Part shown: positions 61,060-64,000 of the stretch, piece after piece
How the letters are laid out: every line of letters starts with the position of its first letter
How positions within the stretch are numbered: the stretch's first letter is position 1
Assembly (NCBI RefSeq): GCF_002105155.1
Contig: NW_019029004.1
Coordinates: forward strand, 434,001 to 498,000
Direction of reading: 5' to 3'
From: Lobosporangium transversale
Lineage: Eukaryota
Length of the DNA stretch: 64,000 nt
Notes under the pieces: generated by a model
Told to the model about the DNA's origin: nothing
Database searches by the model: none
The model's input: the letters and a program-made list of their open reading frames with translations, nothing else
Translations under genes and position numbers: made by a program

Positions 61060-63585
61060 TTAATGGCTGAGGGTCATATCCCATCTTCGACTCTCATCAA
61101 GGGAACAGGCATTACGGCGTTCACTCATAGGCATAGGAACCCATATTGGTTTTTCATCGGCCTCTTCACTGTCGTTGTAGTAGTAGTTGTCTTTTTTGAA
61201 ATGGACCTGCAATGCCATATCAGGAACCCAGGCATTGACAAGGATGATGCCAGCGATACCGATGCCAGCGAAATAGACTGAGGGGATATCCCAGCATTCT
61301 GCAAACATCACCAGCAAGGTAAGGCATAGAGCAGATGCTGACAATGCGATGCAAGACAACTTTGTGGTCCACGTGGCCCGTCTGGAGCTTGTACGGAAGC
61401 CGTTCTTAATGATAGCCTCATCCTCATCCTCCTCCCAACAATCCTTCCAGTTGGATTCCAAAAGTAATTGATGTCGCTCCAAGATTTGATAATACAACGC
61501 CTTGGCCTGTACGAATCCGACCAAGAGACTACCCATACACATGGCAACGATCAGGATAGCCAACTCGGTCCATCCTTGAACATACTCAAAGACACGAGCT
61601 TGCAGAGGTTCACCATTTTGGGTTCCTTGCCGCGTCGACAACCGTTCGGATCCCTCTGTGGCACTATTCCAGATCTTTCGAATCATTCGTGGCAGGTCAA
61701 TGGTCCAAATAGGAGAAGAGGCCGGCATGCCCGCAGAAGAGCCACAAGGGAGAGCATGTTGGAATACCGAGTCGATCAGCTGTTCTTGTTTCCGACGCTG
61801 GGACAAGGCCTCGTCTTTTTCCAGATGAGCAAGGAAATTCTGAAAGACATCCGCATCCTTGGGGTCCAAGGTCAAGGCGTCCAGGGAATCTGGGTCCAAA
61901 AAGTCTTCTACATCTTGAAAGTCCACATCTTCGTAATAGTGGCCATTAGGGACACGGGCATGGAAATGGTGATCACCCTCCTTATCTTCCTCTTCCTCTT
62001 CCTTTCCTTCCTCCTCTTCTACCATGTCTTTGTTTTCTCCTTTTGATTTATCCACGATAATGATGTTCGTCCTAAAGGTCGCGAAGGCTTCCTCAGTTCG
62101 AATATTATTGATACCCTCATCCTCGTCTACAGACCAGGCTGACTGATCACTGGACTTTTGAATAGGATCATCTTGCTTATTATCGATCGGCTCATTGAGA
62201 TCCATGTTGAGCTCCAACATGGATGCCAGCTCTTTCATGAATTCACCACCACCCACGTCCATATCATCATCATTCTCGTCTTCCACATCCTCGGCCATCG
62301 CGAATCCTCCCTCTTCATCATCATGGATGGTGACGGCACTGTCTTGATTAAAGCCCATAATAAGTGAGGCTGGTACAACGGGCGATGCAGGTGAAGGATG
62401 GGAAGAAGCAGAAGTAGAAGATGATGATGAAAGAGAAGAATCCATGGGAATGATGGTATTGATACCCAGGAGAGAAGAGACGATCATCAAGATTGTCCAA
62501 ATCCCAAGACCTGTCAAAAGGATCGTCCTGGGCCGTGGAAGCTTCGAGAACTGAGGACCTTGATGACGATGAGTAGTCGGTGTGTTGGTGGCATCTACGG
62601 CATCCATATGTGAAGATGAGTTGTTGTCCGTCAGAAACAAAGACCAAGATCGAGCTTCGCCCTCCTTCTCGGCTTGTTCACGTGCTGATGGGCTCATTGG
62701 CGCAGTCCGAAGGTTCAAAGATTGGTAACCATCATTGTCTCCCAACCTAAAGCCTGTCGACGCTCTCATGCTCGTTGGGAAGGACCACCTTCGGCGCGAA
62801 TCGAGAGAAGAGTTGACCTTGGTTGAAGTCATAGTATGACAGCAATAACTGACATCACCATCATTATCCATTGAGCTTCTCCGAGGCCCTGTTTTCCGTT
62901 TGCAATCCGTGGCCGCTGTTGTTGAGACTGTTGCTGTGGTCGAGGGTAAAAATGGGTCGGTGTTATTTTGCTCTTCTTGTGATCGCCAGTGCATCCATCG
63001 AGAAAGCCGTCGGAGTGGAGAGCGAGAGAGGAAGGGGATTTTCTCATGGTCATTCTTTTCTTCGAGTAAACTCAGAACTCTGAAGGCGGAAAGTGGGATC
63101 ATTATGCCAATACAAGGTAACAACAAGATCGAGATGGTACCCCAGGTGCAATGCTCGGTTAACTCTTCAATTAGAGCCATCAATAGGGATGACGTTGATG
63201 ACGATACATCATCGGATGAAACATTGGCATTGTTACTGTTACTGCTGTTGCTGCTGCTGCTGCTGCTGCCGTTATGATAGGTGTAGGTGTAGGCGGTGAG
63301 AGCCGAGGCAAGGAAAGGCAAGATGGAAGGTAAGAGGAATAGTGCTCCAGCGGTCAACAAATCCAGATGTGAGGCCAAAGTCCTCAACAGCTGATCATTT
63401 TCTTTTACATGTTGCTGTTGTTGTTTTTGTGTTAGGGCCATATCACTGCGGAGATCAATTGGCGTTGAAGTCCGCGTGAGTGAAGAGATCGAGATGTTGA
63501 CAGATGCATGACAAGTCTTTATTTCTCCACAAGCTTCTTCTTTCTCTCTCACTAAAGAGTGTTGATCAATATTTTGGGTACCCAT
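61060..63585 (-). CDS. Hypothetical multi-pass membrane protein (~841 aa)
   Basis: Long single ORF with about six hydrophobic segments separated by acidic disordered loops. No family recognised. Confidence 0.7.
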   Translation of the reverse strand: MGTQNIDQHSLVREKEEACGEIKTCHASVNISISSLTRTSTPIDLRSDMALTQKQQQQHVKENDQLLRTLASHLDLLTAGALFLLPSILPFLASALTAYTYTYHNGSSSSSSNSSNSNNANVSSDDVSSSTSSLLMALIEELTEHCTWGTISILLLPCIGIMIPLSAFRVLSLLEEKNDHEKIPFLSRSPLRRLSRWMHWRSQEEQNNTDPFLPSTTATVSTTAATDCKRKTGPRRSSMDNDGDVSYCCHTMTSTKVNSSLDSRRRWSFPTSMRASTGFRLGDNDGYQSLNLRTAPMSPSAREQAEKEGEARSWSLFLTDNNSSSHMDAVDATNTPTTHRHQGPQFSKLPRPRTILLTGLGIWTILMIVSSLLGINTIIPMDSSLSSSSSTSASSHPSPASPVVPASLIMGFNQDSAVTIHDDEEGGFAMAEDVEDENDDDMDVGGGEFMKELASMLELNMDLNEPIDNKQDDPIQKSSDQSAWSVDEDEGINNIRTEEAFATFRTNIIIVDKSKGENKDMVEEEEGKEEEEEDKEGDHHFHARVPNGHYYEDVDFQDVEDFLDPDSLDALTLDPKDADVFQNFLAHLEKDEALSQRRKQEQLIDSVFQHALPCGSSAGMPASSPIWTIDLPRMIRKIWNSATEGSERLSTRQGTQNGEPLQARVFEYVQGWTELAILIVAMCMGSLLVGFVQAKALYYQILERHQLLLESNWKDCWEEDEDEAIIKNGFRTSSRRATWTTKLSCIALSASALCLTLLVMFAECWDIPSVYFAGIGIAGIILVNAWVPDMALQVHFKKDNYYYNDSEEADEKPIWVPMPMSERRNACSLDESRRWDMTLSH

Positions 63586-64000
63586 GGGAAGGTTGTAATA
63601 GTAAATGGCCGAGGATTGGGAGAGGGAGGGAGGACGAGAAGGGAGAGAAAGAGAAAGGGGGGGGGGGGGAACAGGGTGGAAACAAAGGAAAACAGAATGC
63701 TTTGACAAAAAAAAAAAAAAAAAAAAAAAAAAACTTAAAGTGACATGTGCACAATACACAAATAAAAAGTATATACAGAGAGAGAAAGAGAGAGAAAGAG
63801 AGAAAGAGAGAAAGAGAATGATGGATTGAAAAAGAAAAGAAAAGAAAAGAAAAAAAATGCGAATCAAGACTAAGTAAAAATAAAAAAAATCGTCTCGGAC
63901 TGATTTTGATATTTATATTTCTACTCTGACAGCGCCAGACTGGGCGCAATTAGGAAAAGACGAAGAAAAGGAGTTTAACCTTCTTACTTACTTTTTGCAT

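Overview
Eukaryotic, intron-rich fungal DNA. The gene content and the poly-T/poly-A-rich introns suggest an early-diverging Mortierellaceae/Mucoromycota-type fungus; this is inference. The window has two parts. Positions ~1-27.4 kb are a nested transposon block containing three Ty3/gypsy elements (two with chromodomains), a DIRS-type gag, five Tc1 elements from three families (two families as near-identical inverted pairs), a LINE endonuclease relic, MULE- and hAT-type non-autonomous elements, a GCM-domain MULE transposase pseudogene, a RecQ-like relic and one tRNA-Lys(CTT) gene. Positions ~27.9-64 kb are ordinary genes: an Msn2-like C2H2 factor, PNG1, a bHLH factor, a kelch membrane protein, PP2C, a SAM methyltransferase, a nucleoside hydrolase, RLI1, LSM8, NC2-alpha and a hypothetical membrane protein. 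Two observations stand out. First, a 682-bp tRNA-derived SINE-like element with an A-rich tail and a perfect 19-bp target-site duplication sits in an LTR about 125 bp upstream of the tRNA gene. Second, two divergent chromoviruses are each followed by an intact antisense ORF of similar architecture (acidic disordered region, NLS-like basic cluster, charged helical tail); one lies clearly between pol and a candidate 3' LTR. All alignments were made by eye and no database searches were run.
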